This document shows positions 1 through 9,794 of a stretch of 32,000 bases of DNA, one piece after another. Position 1 is the first letter of the stretch, and the number at the start of each line of letters is the position of its first letter. Origin of the DNA: Nitratidesulfovibrio vulgaris str. Hildenborough (GTDB taxonomy: Bacteria; Desulfobacterota; Desulfovibrionia; Desulfovibrionales; Desulfovibrionaceae); contig NC_002937.3 in NCBI RefSeq assembly GCF_000195755.1, positions 1,200,001 through 1,232,000 of the forward strand, written 5' to 3'. The position numbers and the translations under genes are program-made. The notes beneath the pieces are model-generated. The model had not been told where the DNA came from, made no database searches, and saw only the letters and a program-made list of their open reading frames with translations.

Positions 1-779
1 AGGATGAACTCTTCGCACAGGCGCGAGAGGTGCGCCATGATCACCGACCCGTCGAACAGGGCCTCCAGAACGAAGTCGCGGTCAGAGACGGCATCCATGC
101 TGTTGCGGAAGGTGCCGTACATGCCCAGTTCGTCGGCGACGGATGCGGGGTCGAGCGGATAGGTCGTTCCGGCGAGCGCCGCCGCCCCCAGAGGGCAGAC
201 GCGGGCGCGCTTGTCGCAGTCTTCAAGCCGGTCGATGTCGCGGCGCAGCATCCACGCGTAGGCCAGCAGGTGCTGTGCAAGGCTCACGGGCTGTGCGGGC
301 TGCATGTGGGTGCAGCCGGGCAGCAGGGTGGCGGTGTGCTGGCGTGCCTGGTCGACGATGACGCCCACGAGGTCTCGCCCGAGTTCGCGCCATACGCGCA
401 CCCTGTCGGAGACGAAGAGCCTGAAGTCGAGCGCGACCTGGTCGTTGCGGCTGCGTCCCGTGTGCAGTTTCTTGCCCACGTCGCCGACGAGTTCGGTCAG
501 GCGGTTCTCGATGTTCATATGGACGTCTTCGAACTCGCGACGCCAGACGAAGCTGCCCGCTTCGATTTCAGAGCGCACGGTGGCGAGGCCATCCACGATG
601 ATGGCCGCCTCTTCGGCGGTGAGCACCCCCTGACGGGCGAGCATCCGCGCATGTGCCATGGAGCCCGCGATGTCCTGCGCGTAGAGGGCCCGGTCATACG
701 AGACCGACTCCGTGTACTCCTCGACGAGGGTGGCGGTACCCTGCTTGAAGCGTCCGCCCCACATCTTCTTTTCGGCCAT
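1..779 (-). CDS. argH: Argininosuccinate lyase, N-terminal ~259 codons; gene continues past the window start
   Basis: Not in the ORF track because there is no stop inside the window. Hand translation of the minus strand from ATG at 779-777 gives [15 protein letters not shown]...[19 protein letters not shown]...[17 protein letters not shown], the fumarate-lyase/ArgH signature blocks. It starts 3 nt after the argG stop. Confidence 0.9.
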
Positions 780-782
780 GGG

Positions 783-1973
<1,191 letters not shown>

Positions 1974-2024
1974 AGCGTTTGACCTCTTGAAATGAGACGG
2001 CCCGCCGGGGGCGGGCCGACGTTG

Positions 2025-2927
2025 TTATTCGGTGAAGACCCACTCCAGAATGGCCTTCTGCATGTGCAGCCTGTTCTCCGCCTGGTCCCATACGATGGAG
2101 GCGGGGCTTTCCATGACCTCGTCGGTGACTTCCTCGCCGCGGTGTGCGGGGAGACAGTGCATGAACTTGGCGTCGGGGTGTGCGCGCCCCATGAGGGCGC
2201 CGTCGATGCAGAAGCCCTTGAAGGCCGCCTCGCGACGCTTCTGCTCCTCTTCCTGCCCCATGGATGCCCAGACGTCGGTGTTCACATAGTGAGCGCCGTC
2301 GATGGCCATGTGCGGGTCGCGGGTGAGGAATATCTTGGCTCCGGCCTCGAGGGCGAGCCCAAGGAGCTGGCGGTCCGGTTCGTAGCCTTCGGGGAAGGCC
2401 ATGAACAGCTCGAACGGGAAGTACATGGCGGCCTCGATCCACGAATTGGCCATGTTGTTGCCGTCGCCTATCCACGCCACGCGTACCTGTGAAAGGTCGG
2501 GGGTGCGCTCGTACATGGTCAGCACGTCGCTCATCACCTGACAGGGGTGCCCCTCGTCGGTGAGTGCGTTGACCACGGGAATGGAGCCGAACGACGCGAG
2601 TTCGTCGATCTTCGCCTGCCCGAAGGTGCGGACGATCATGCAGTCGGTGTAGCGCGAAATCACGCGCGCCGTGTCGCGCAGGGGCTCGGAACGGCCAAGC
2701 TGGCTTTCGGCGGGCGTCATGAATATGGTGGTTCCGCCGAGGTGGCGTACCGCCACTTCGAACGAGATGCGGGTTCGCGTCGAAGCCTTCTCGAAAATGA
2801 GGGTCGCTACCTTTCCTTCGAGCGTGCGGCCACGGTAGCCCGTATCCTTCATCTCCTTGGCCCGCTCCAGCACCTTCCATGCGCCTTCGAAGCCAAGATC
2901 CCTGATTCTCGTGAAATGCTTCGGCAT
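2025..2927 (-). CDS. argF: Ornithine carbamoyltransferase (start chosen at the internal Met MPKHFTRIRDLG; the track ORF extends to 3089)
   Basis: Carbamoyl-phosphate motif FEKASTRTRISFE, plus DEGHPCQ and FMHCLPAHRGEE motifs. AAGGA lies 7 nt upstream of the ATG at 2927. The N-terminal extension to 3089 looks non-coding. Confidence 0.88.
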   Translation of the reverse strand: MPKHFTRIRDLGFEGAWKVLERAKEMKDTGYRGRTLEGKVATLIFEKASTRTRISFEVAVRHLGGTTIFMTPAESQLGRSEPLRDTARVISRYTDCMIVRTFGQAKIDELASFGSIPVVNALTDEGHPCQVMSDVLTMYERTPDLSQVRVAWIGDGNNMANSWIEAAMYFPFELFMAFPEGYEPDRQLLGLALEAGAKIFLTRDPHMAIDGAHYVNTDVWASMGQEEEQKRREAAFKGFCIDGALMGRAHPDAKFMHCLPAHRGEEVTDEVMESPASIVWDQAENRLHMQKAILEWVFTE

Positions 2928-3068
2928 CGGTACATCCTTTGTTGCGAGTAGCATCGACTTCCGAAAGGAAAATCCATAGAACCAAAGCCTGACGTTGTAA
3001 AGCCGCACGCGGGCCGCCCCGGCATACCGCATCCCGTCAGGGGATGCGCCCGTGCGCCACCTTCGGAG

Positions 3069-3818
3069 ATGCCCATGCAGCACGTCCACACATCACCCGT
3101 CCGCGATTACCGCAACCGCTGTGCCCGACGAGAAGGCGAGACCGTCTTTCAGGTCGTCGTCGAGGAGACGGACCTCAGGGTCACGGCCCTTGCCGAGCTC
3201 GCTACGCCGATGGCGGCGTATGTGGGTGAACTGCGTGCACAGCTCAAAGTGTGGATGGAGTTCCAGCCTGCGTTCAGGCACAGCCTCGTTCCCGTCGAGG
3301 TGCCCGAGGGTGCGCCGGAAGTGGTGCGGCGCATGGCCCACGGGGCGCGGCTTGTCGGCGTGGGGCCTTTCGCCGCGGTGGCGGGAACCATAGCGCAGAT
3401 GGTGGCGGAACGGTTCGTTGACGTATCGCCCGAACTCATCGTCGAGAACGGGGGCGACCTGTATCTGTACTCGGAACGTGACAGGGTGGTGGGCATCCTG
3501 CCCGACCCGGCAAGCGGCGACATGGTTGGCATACTCGTCCGTGCCGGGACAGCACCCGTCTCGCTGTGCGGGTCGTCGGCGCGTATCGGACATTCGCTGA
3601 GCCTCGGCGACGGCGACCTTGCTGTGGTGCGTGCCCGCGACGCCAGCCTTGCCGACGCAGCCGCCACCGCCTTCGGCAATATGCTTCGCCGCGCCGACGA
3701 CGTGGCGGCGGTCACGGAACGTGCCGCGCAGCTTGCCTCCATAGGCATCGAGGGCGTGTACGCCCAGTGCGGAGGGCGTATCGGCATATGGGGCGACATG
3801 GAACTTGCGGTGGCGTGA
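3069..3818 (+). CDS. UPF0280 family protein (ApbE-like fold), function unknown
   Basis: 249 aa, divergent from argF. The pattern YRNR...[12 protein letters not shown]...[14 protein letters not shown]...ENGGDLYL...[17 protein letters not shown] matches my memory of UPF0280 proteins. Exact start uncertain. Confidence 0.6.
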
Positions 3819-3890
3819 GGCATCACACAACGTGACGGCACTTTGCGCTTGACTGTTCCTGACGTTGGGCGTATCTACGCCTCCTCGAAT

Positions 3891-3966
<76 letters not shown>

Positions 3967-3976
3967 GAGATTTCAA

Positions 3977-4009
3977 GGCGTTACCCGTCAAGGCGGGTGG
4001 CGCCTTTAT
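3977..4009 (+). terminator. Rho-independent terminator downstream of tRNA-Thr
   Basis: 11-bp stem 3977-3987 / 3994-4004 (ggcgttacccg ... cgggtggcgcc, two G-U pairs), a 6-nt loop, then tttat. Confidence 0.55.
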
Positions 4010-4091
4010 GCGTTCTGCTCCCTGTTGCTACCCGGATGCGAAGAAAGCCTTATTTGTACCCGCTCGACCCCTTTGGCTGTGGGGTGTCACC

Positions 4092-4137
4092 CAAGTTGAG
4101 AAAATGCGTCACGCAAGTTGAGAAAGCTGTTTTCTCA
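4092..4137. repeat. Three copies of a TTGAGAAA core: direct repeats CAAGTTGAGAAA at 4092-4103 and 4114-4125 (22-bp spacing), plus an inverted copy forming tgagaaa-gctgt-tttctca (4119-4137)
   Basis: Read directly from the sequence. Located in the non-coding stretch between tRNA-Thr and the last phage gene, where end-binding or operator sites would be expected. Confidence 0.6.
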
Positions 4138-4197
4138 TCTGTCGTGACAGGCATAAGCGTTGCAACGCGCGCGTGCGCGAAGTTGGCCATCGTAGAA

Positions 4198-4232
4198 GCC
4201 CCCCGAAGGTGATGCCTTCAGGGGGCTTTTTT
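4198..4232. terminator. Strong GC hairpin with T6 tract directly downstream of the methyltransferase; canonical on the plus strand, possibly bidirectional
   Basis: gcccccCgaagg-tgatg-ccttcAgggggc, then tttttt (4227-4232). On the minus strand the hairpin is preceded by A6 and followed by uucuac, so it is weaker in the phage gene direction. Confidence 0.6.
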
Positions 4233-4237
4233 GTGGC

Positions 4238-4981
4238 CTAGCTCCCGACCGCCTGCTGGTGGGCTGCGAGCCTCTCGCAGGCCCTCTGGTGATACTCCTT
4301 GGACAGTTCGATGCCGAGGTAGCGCCGTCCGGTGTTGAGGCAGGCGACACCAGTGCTGCCACTGCCCGCGAACGGGTCAAGCACGAGTCCGCCCGGCGCG
4401 GTGATGTCCAGCAGGTTTTCGAGCAACGCCACCGGCTTTTCTGTGAGGTGGATCTTGCGGGCGGTGTTCACGCTATGGCTGTACACCCCCGGCGGGCACT
4501 TGCGGCTGTGCATGATCGGCTTCCCCTTGCTGCCGGTGATGACGTACTCGGCATCGCGCTTGAAGTCGCCAAGGCTGGGTCTGGCACTGGGTTTATGCCA
4601 TGTGACCACCCCTCTCCACATCCACCCTGCGGCTTGCAGGGCGTCCGTCATGGATGGCAGTTGCCGCCAGTCTGTGAAGACCATGATGCGTGCCCCATCC
4701 TTTGCCACGCGCCAGCATTCCGAGAGCCACAGCGTAGCCCACAGGGTGAAGCTGCGCTGGTCGCGGTTGTCTCCGAGCATGGCGGGATAGGTGCGCTTCG
4801 TGTTGCTCTGTTGGTACTTCTGCGCCGGGTCTGCCTGACGAGCCGCCATGGTGACGCCTCCGCTGGAATACGGCGGGTCAGTGAGCACCGTGTCCACGAA
4901 GCCATCCGGCAGAGTGCGGAGAATGGCGAGGGATTCGCCTTGCAACAGTGTCAGCCTTTCATCGTCGAAGATGCGGGTCAT
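4238..4981 (-). CDS. DNA methyltransferase, beta-class amino-MTase (N6-adenine/N4-cytosine family; DPPY favours m6A)
   Basis: 247 aa. Motif IV TDPPYSSGG lies near the N-terminus and motif I DPFAGSGSTG near the C-terminus, the beta permutation. The ATG lies inside the 3' end of the com-like gene. Confidence 0.9.
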   Translation of the reverse strand: MTRIFDDERLTLLQGESLAILRTLPDGFVDTVLTDPPYSSGGVTMAARQADPAQKYQQSNTKRTYPAMLGDNRDQRSFTLWATLWLSECWRVAKDGARIMVFTDWRQLPSMTDALQAAGWMWRGVVTWHKPSARPSLGDFKRDAEYVITGSKGKPIMHSRKCPPGVYSHSVNTARKIHLTEKPVALLENLLDITAPGGLVLDPFAGSGSTGVACLNTGRRYLGIELSKEYHQRACERLAAHQQAVGS

Positions 4982-5153
4982 GGGATGCTCCGTTCCGAGG
5001 CTCGTGGCCTGCCGGACTGGGACTCATGGCCCTCAAGTGGTTCATGGCCCCGCAACGGGGGCATTTGATGGCAAGTTCAATGGCCTCGCCTTTGGCGAGC
5101 AGGCGGTGACATACGCCGCAGCGCAGTTCCCGGTTGGACTGGTTTTCTCTCAT
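4959..5153 (-). CDS. com: Com-like zinc-finger translational regulator (start taken at MRENQSN; the track ORF starts at a GTG at 5201)
   Basis: RCGVCHRLLAKGEAIELAIKCPRCGAMNHL aligns by eye with phage Mu Com (CxxC-x16-CPRC). It sits immediately upstream of, and overlaps, a DNA-modification gene, as com/mom does in Mu. Confidence 0.8.
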   Translation of the reverse strand: MRENQSNRELRCGVCHRLLAKGEAIELAIKCPRCGAMNHLRAMSPSPAGHEPRNGASHDPHLRR

Positions 5154-5410
5154 ATCGGATGGTTGTGTTGGCCCGCTGTGTTCTGCTAGGTTCCGTGGCA
5201 CCCCTGATCAGGGCCATGGAGCAGCGGATCGAACCGGAAGGGGTCGGCCTTTCCGGGGGCCGTGGGCCGGTGTTCTCGCACCGGGCCAGTGGGGGCGTTA
5301 GCGCGCCCCCGCCTGTTCCTCCGGGTTGCCCGGTCGTGTCTCCTACATGCGGATACGACCGGGCGTTCTCGTTCTCCCTATGTGATTGTCACAGAGCGCC
5401 CCGCTTGGGG

Positions 5411-5857
5411 TTACACCGGATAGCTCACCACTATCGCCGTGACGGCCTCCACCGTCTGCGCGGCTTCGACCTGTGCTTCGAGTTCGGCCCGGCGTGTGGC
5501 CAGCTTCTGCCGGGCGTAGTCCAGCCCGGTGGGGTCGGTGGTGGCCAGCAGCGCCGCCTCAACAGCCACCACGGTGGGCGTGGGGTCGGAGATGGCCACC
5601 ACACCCGCGAGGGCGGCATCGTGCCCGGCGGCGATTGCCGCACGCTTGGCGGCCTTGGCGTCGACCAATGACTGTCCCGGCGCGGGCGCGACACAAGGGC
5701 GGCCCTCTGCGTCCATCTTTATGATGCACCCCTGCGCCAGAGCGTCTGTCAGGTCGACATGCTCACTATCGGTGATAGGGATGGCATCAGCGGGGATGTC
5801 GGAGTGTACGCCGTCGAGATAGAAGCCTCCGGTGGAGGGGGAGTGGTATCTCTGCAT
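5411..5857 (-). CDS. Tail fibre assembly / chaperone-like protein
   Basis: 148 aa, directly downstream of the tail fibre gene. The N-terminal YHSPSTGGFY pattern is typical of fibre assembly proteins. Assignment is mainly positional. Confidence 0.55.
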   Translation of the reverse strand: MQRYHSPSTGGFYLDGVHSDIPADAIPITDSEHVDLTDALAQGCIIKMDAEGRPCVAPAPGQSLVDAKAAKRAAIAAGHDAALAGVVAISDPTPTVVAVEAALLATTDPTGLDYARQKLATRRAELEAQVEAAQTVEAVTAIVVSYPV

Positions 5858-5870
5858 GACTGGTATCCTC

Positions 5871-7388
5871 TTATCTGCCGATGGCGAGGAATCTGGAGTT
5901 GATGGGATAGCTGGCTGCCGCCGTATTGATCGAGTAGTAGATGAACTGGGCCAGACTGTGGTGCACCCACGATTGCTGGGTCACGCCGCTCTGCTGCCCC
6001 ACGCTGCATGAAAGGAAGACACCGAGAACCTCGCTCGGGAACGCCACGGGATAGGTCACATACGTACCGTTGCCGACAGGCCCGGTGTTGCTGATCTGCA
6101 CAATCAACCCGTTAGGTAACTTCCACGCCTTGCCCGGAACCAGTTCTACCCAGTCGCTGCGATCCACCTTGCCCGCCAGAGACGCGGCGAGCACCGCCAT
6201 ATCCACCTGAGCGGCGTTGATGGCCGTGTCGAAGGCCTTGATGCACGGCAGCCAACTGACAGACGGCGGGCGCATCCGCCCTTCGGCCACGGAGAGTTGT
6301 GTGGTGGGGCTGCTGCTGTTCGCCGTGGAGGTTGAGACCGTTTGTTGCCCGTCAAGATCGCCTACGTTGAGACGCAGGCCCGAACCGGGGGAGCCTCCTT
6401 CATATAGCACCGTTGCAGAGATGCGCGATGCACGCTGCCATGCCCCCACAGGCCGTCCTCCGCTGGGGTCTGCCCCGCGCGCGAAGTCACGCATACGTGG
6501 GCAACGGAACGTGGTGGCGCCGTCGCCGCTGGAAAAGGCTCCCACCGAGCTTTGCACGGCGGCCTGTGCCTGCCATTCCGACTCGGTGATGATGTTGCCG
6601 CTGGCCTGCGCCATGGCCCATAACTGCGGGTAGGCGGCACGTTGCAGCAACGGGCCGTCGTGGATGGCCAGCGAGCCCGCCGGAGGCGTGGTGCCCGGCC
6701 ACCAGAACGGCATGCCCACGGGCATACCCGAGACACGGTTCAACGCATCCGCCAGTTGCTTCGGCGTCACATAGCGTTCGCCATCAGTTCCGGCCTGTGC
6801 CTCGGCATCGGTGGCGCGCTCCACCAGCCCCGCCGCGTCTTCAGTCGCATGGGGGTGCGTGTGCTCCTCCAGCCTGCGTACCATGTCGCCGTGGGCCGTG
6901 GGGCTTTCGTCATGGGCCTTCACTTGCGCCTGCACGAACTGCTGCGTCGCCACGGCCTGCGAGGCGATGGTCAACGTGATGGCCCCGGCGTTGGCTATGG
7001 GCAGCAGGATGCGTTCGACGATCTCGGCACTGGCCCCGGAACTGATGACGGGCTTGTAGAACTCTGCGTGCGCCCCCACGGCCACCATGTCGCCCTCGGC
7101 GTCGTACAGGCCCCATTCACGGATGAAGAAACCGCCGATGTTCAGCGGGATGACGGCATCGACCTGCACCTGACTGGCATTGTCGGGCGACGTCTGCACG
7201 CCGTTGACCATGCCGCGCCACACCTGCCGGGTAAGTGCCGTCCACGATGGCGCGGGGGCCGGGGCCGGGCTGCCGCCCCCGTCGCCCAGCGCCAGTTCGC
7301 GCAGCATGAGGGCCGTGCCGCCTGCGGCATGCCGGGCCAGCTTCTCAAGCCCCTTGGCCGTCCACATGCCCTGAAGTTCGTTTGCCAT
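5871..7388 (-). CDS. Tail fibre protein
   Basis: 505 aa. The N-terminus (MANELQGMWTAKGLEKLA...LRELALGDGGG...VDAVIPLNIGGFFIREWGLYDAEGDMVAVG) resembles the conserved P2 gpH/Mu S-type fibre N-terminal domain. Follows the baseplate genes. Confidence 0.8.
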   Translation of the reverse strand: MANELQGMWTAKGLEKLARHAAGGTALMLRELALGDGGGSPAPAPAPSWTALTRQVWRGMVNGVQTSPDNASQVQVDAVIPLNIGGFFIREWGLYDAEGDMVAVGAHAEFYKPVISSGASAEIVERILLPIANAGAITLTIASQAVATQQFVQAQVKAHDESPTAHGDMVRRLEEHTHPHATEDAAGLVERATDAEAQAGTDGERYVTPKQLADALNRVSGMPVGMPFWWPGTTPPAGSLAIHDGPLLQRAAYPQLWAMAQASGNIITESEWQAQAAVQSSVGAFSSGDGATTFRCPRMRDFARGADPSGGRPVGAWQRASRISATVLYEGGSPGSGLRLNVGDLDGQQTVSTSTANSSSPTTQLSVAEGRMRPPSVSWLPCIKAFDTAINAAQVDMAVLAASLAGKVDRSDWVELVPGKAWKLPNGLIVQISNTGPVGNGTYVTYPVAFPSEVLGVFLSCSVGQQSGVTQQSWVHHSLAQFIYYSINTAAASYPINSRFLAIGR

Positions 7389-7389
7389 G

Positions 7390-8046
7390 TCAGGCTACCT
7401 CGCTCTGGATGATGACGTATTGGATGCATCCCGCGCCCACATGGAGAGGCGCGGGCGGGAACGCCGCCTCGCCCACCCCCACACGGTGCTCCATGATGAT
7501 GGCGGTGGAGATGACGGCCCCGGCGGTGAGTCCTGCCGAGCTACGCAAGGTGAACCCTACCTTGCCGAGCACCGAACGGGCGGGTTTGTACTCGTTCGCC
7601 AGCGACCGTACCGCATCGATGTCCGCCGCGCCGAAACCTGTGGAAGGAGGAGAGAGAAGTTCGACGTCGAAGTGCGCCCACTGCGCCGGGTCGTCATCGC
7701 GCAGGTTGCGCACCCTTCCGTCGGGGTAGCCGTATTCGGCGAGGATCTGCGGCAGCCCGTCCACGGTGCCACCCATGCGATGCCACGCGAAGGCGCGTTC
7801 CACCCGGCGGCGGTGGCGCGCATCATCGTCGTGCCGGGTGCGCGGCGCACCGCGCGACGCCCCATAGCCCTGCATCCTGTCCTGCTCCGCCAGCGGCACC
7901 ACCCACTGGTCGCGCATCCACCGGATGTCGTCGCGCACGGCGTCCATGGTGTCGGCAAGCCCCTTGGCGATGACGCAGAGAGCCCCCGGCGTGGCAAGCC
8001 ACGGCCATGCCAGCGTGTCGCGGAAGTAGCGCCAGAAGAGACCCAT
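7390..8046 (-). CDS. Baseplate/tail protein, Mu gp48 / P2 gpI / XkdU position
   Basis: 218 aa between the J-like gene and the fibre gene. Its stop is 2 nt from the fibre start. Assignment from synteny and size. Confidence 0.65.
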   Translation of the reverse strand: MGLFWRYFRDTLAWPWLATPGALCVIAKGLADTMDAVRDDIRWMRDQWVVPLAEQDRMQGYGASRGAPRTRHDDDARHRRRVERAFAWHRMGGTVDGLPQILAEYGYPDGRVRNLRDDDPAQWAHFDVELLSPPSTGFGAADIDAVRSLANEYKPARSVLGKVGFTLRSSAGLTAGAVISTAIIMEHRVGVGEAAFPPAPLHVGAGCIQYVIIQSEVA

Positions 8047-8071
8047 TTACGCCTCCCGTCCATGCCGACCG

Positions 8072-8141
8072 ACCGCATGTGCCATGCGGTACGGTCTCTC
8101 GCTTGCGGGGCAAAGCCCCTGCTGTGCTCGCGCTGCGCGGC
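8072..8141. repeat. Structured intergenic element, copy 1: hairpin - TCTCGCTTGC - hairpin - TGCTGTGCTCGCGCTGCGCGGC (plus-strand reading)
   Basis: Hairpins accgcatg-tgc-catgcggt (8072-8090) and ggggc-aaa-gcccc (8107-8119). The conserved blocks are shared with 11332-11408. Confidence 0.6.
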
Positions 8142-8200
8142 CTGACATGTGAGTGAGGATGGAGGTGCCAGTGCTGGCGGGAATAATCGCCTTGAACATG

Positions 8201-9382
8201 CTACGCCTCCTCGGCCCACGCGGTGGTGATGGTCAGGTTGCGGAGCGAGGCGAGGCCATGCGGCGGGATGTCCACGTCGGCAGTGGGGGCCGTCCACACG
8301 ATGCGCTTCACGCCGGGCAGCGTGACGATGCCTGCGGCCATGCGGTCGCGCACCACGTCCGCACCGATGCCGAAACCCGGCACGTCGCCCGTGATGTCGG
8401 GCCTGTCGCCCCTGAAGAGGGCCTCCACCCACGAACGCGCGGCCTGTTCCGTGGCGGTGGGGTCGCCTGTGAGCAGTTCGATGCGCATGGCCACATCCAC
8501 TTCCACGGGGGTGGGTGCCTTGACCTGCACGTCGTGGTTGATGCGGATGCGCCCGGCCAGTGCCACGCGCACGGCTTCGAGCAGTTGTTCTGTGGGCAGC
8601 CCGGCGGCTCCCTGCACGATGACGTCCACCGTACCCTCGCCTCTGGGGTGCTGGTCGGCGATGTAGACGCCCACCACGCCGGGCACCGAAAGGGCTGCGG
8701 CTGCATAGGCTGCCGCGGTGACCCCGGCCTGCTCGCGCCATGCGAGGGCGTAGCGGGTGCGGAGCATGGCGTCAGGCTCGGCGTTGGCTCCCTCCTCGAT
8801 GAGCCAGCCGACCCTGTTGGTGACGGCCCCGACACCGGGCACGGGTGTGGCCAGTTCCACCACCTGCCCCGGTGCGGCGTTGGCAGCGGCTCCGTATTCC
8901 TCGGCCCTGACCTCGACCTCCACGGTGTCGCTCCCGGCGGGCAAGACGGCATCGGCCAGCGTCACATAGCGGTAGACATCGCCCCTGCCGTCGGGCCGTG
9001 TGCGCACGATGCGCCCGGCGGGGATGCGCAGGTTGGGCTTCTCGGTGACGCCAGAGACGCCGGGGGCACGGGTGAAGAGGATGCGCCCCCGCGCCCGTGT
9101 CGCCTCCTTGCGGGCCAGTCCCACCTGTTCGGCGTGGATGTCGAGCCAGTCGCCGCTGGCCGAGAGGGGCACCGCCTGCCCATGCACCTGTTCCAGCAAC
9201 TGGTAGAGTTGCCACAGCCCCCACGCGAAAAGCTCGATGAGTCCGCGCGCGATGCCCTTGTTGAGGGACAGGCGCTGGGGCAACCAGCCTTGGGCGGCGT
9301 ATTCGTCCTGCACGGCCTCCATGCGCGCGTACAGTTCAGTGCGGATCTGCTCCATGGATTTAGAGAGTCGTGGGGTCGACAT
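8201..9382 (-). CDS. Baseplate J-like protein (Mu gp47 position)
   Basis: 393 aa, the size and position of Baseplate_J proteins, downstream of the gp25-like gene. The start may be the internal Met at 9355. Confidence 0.8.
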   Translation of the reverse strand: MSTPRLSKSMEQIRTELYARMEAVQDEYAAQGWLPQRLSLNKGIARGLIELFAWGLWQLYQLLEQVHGQAVPLSASGDWLDIHAEQVGLARKEATRARGRILFTRAPGVSGVTEKPNLRIPAGRIVRTRPDGRGDVYRYVTLADAVLPAGSDTVEVEVRAEEYGAAANAAPGQVVELATPVPGVGAVTNRVGWLIEEGANAEPDAMLRTRYALAWREQAGVTAAAYAAAALSVPGVVGVYIADQHPRGEGTVDVIVQGAAGLPTEQLLEAVRVALAGRIRINHDVQVKAPTPVEVDVAMRIELLTGDPTATEQAARSWVEALFRGDRPDITGDVPGFGIGADVVRDRMAAGIVTLPGVKRIVWTAPTADVDIPPHGLASLRNLTITTAWAEEA

Positions 9383-9794
9383 CGTTCACCACCAGTTCGC
9401 GCACGGCCTTGTCGGCGTGCAGGATGAGGTTGAAGGGCTGGTCTTCGCCGATGAACGTCCACGCCACCTCGGCGAGCACGGCCCGCTCGTCCCACCGGAA
9501 GACCTTGGTGCGCACGCTACCCACCTGCACGCGCGGGTCGAGTTCCACACGCAGGGTGACCTCGGCCTCGAAGGCGATGCGGGCCGCTTCGGTGTTCTCG
9601 TCGAAGATCCAGTCGTGGATGAGGCTGCCCCACGCCTTGTCGTAGAAGAGCGTGCCGAGCCGGGTGAACAGCCGGAGCCTGATGTCCTGCAGGCCCGTCT
9701 CCACGCCTTCGGTCAGGATGAACTCGCCGCTTGCCGCGACGAGGGCTTGGCCGGAGGCATCGAGCGCGATGTCTTGGCCCCATATTCCTGTCAT
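9360..9794 (-). CDS. Baseplate wedge protein, gp25/W-like (Mu gp46 / XkdS position)
   Basis: 144 aa small acidic protein between the spike and J-like genes. Overlaps both neighbours. Confidence 0.6.
   Translation of the reverse strand: MTGIWGQDIALDASGQALVAASGEFILTEGVETGLQDIRLRLFTRLGTLFYDKAWGSLIHDWIFDENTEAARIAFEAEVTLRVELDPRVQVGSVRTKVFRWDERAVLAEVAWTFIGEDQPFNLILHADKAVRELVVNDVDPTTL

Noticed and set aside
2928-3068. Possible ArgR operator (ARG box) in the argF/UPF0280 divergent intergenic region
   Set aside because: I could not find an AT-rich TGAAT...ATTCA-type palindrome or any convincing dyad in the 141 bp.
3997-4212. 71-aa plus-strand ORF between the tRNA and the methyltransferase, ending near the T6 terminator
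   Set aside because: It has no SD, an implausible composition, and runs straight through the TTGAGAAA repeats. The region is better explained as non-coding prophage-end or att DNA. A small RNA ending at the 4198-4232 terminator is not excluded.
8047-8199. 50-aa minus-strand mini-ORF (MFKAIIPASTG...) that exactly fills the J-like/gp48-like gap, with GAGGAGG upstream; and a similar 48-aa mini-ORF in 11308-11454
   Set aside because: The nucleotide blocks shared by the two gaps are read in different frames by the two mini-ORFs, so the conservation is at nucleotide and structure level, not protein level. The products are low-complexity. Coding is not fully excluded for the first one.
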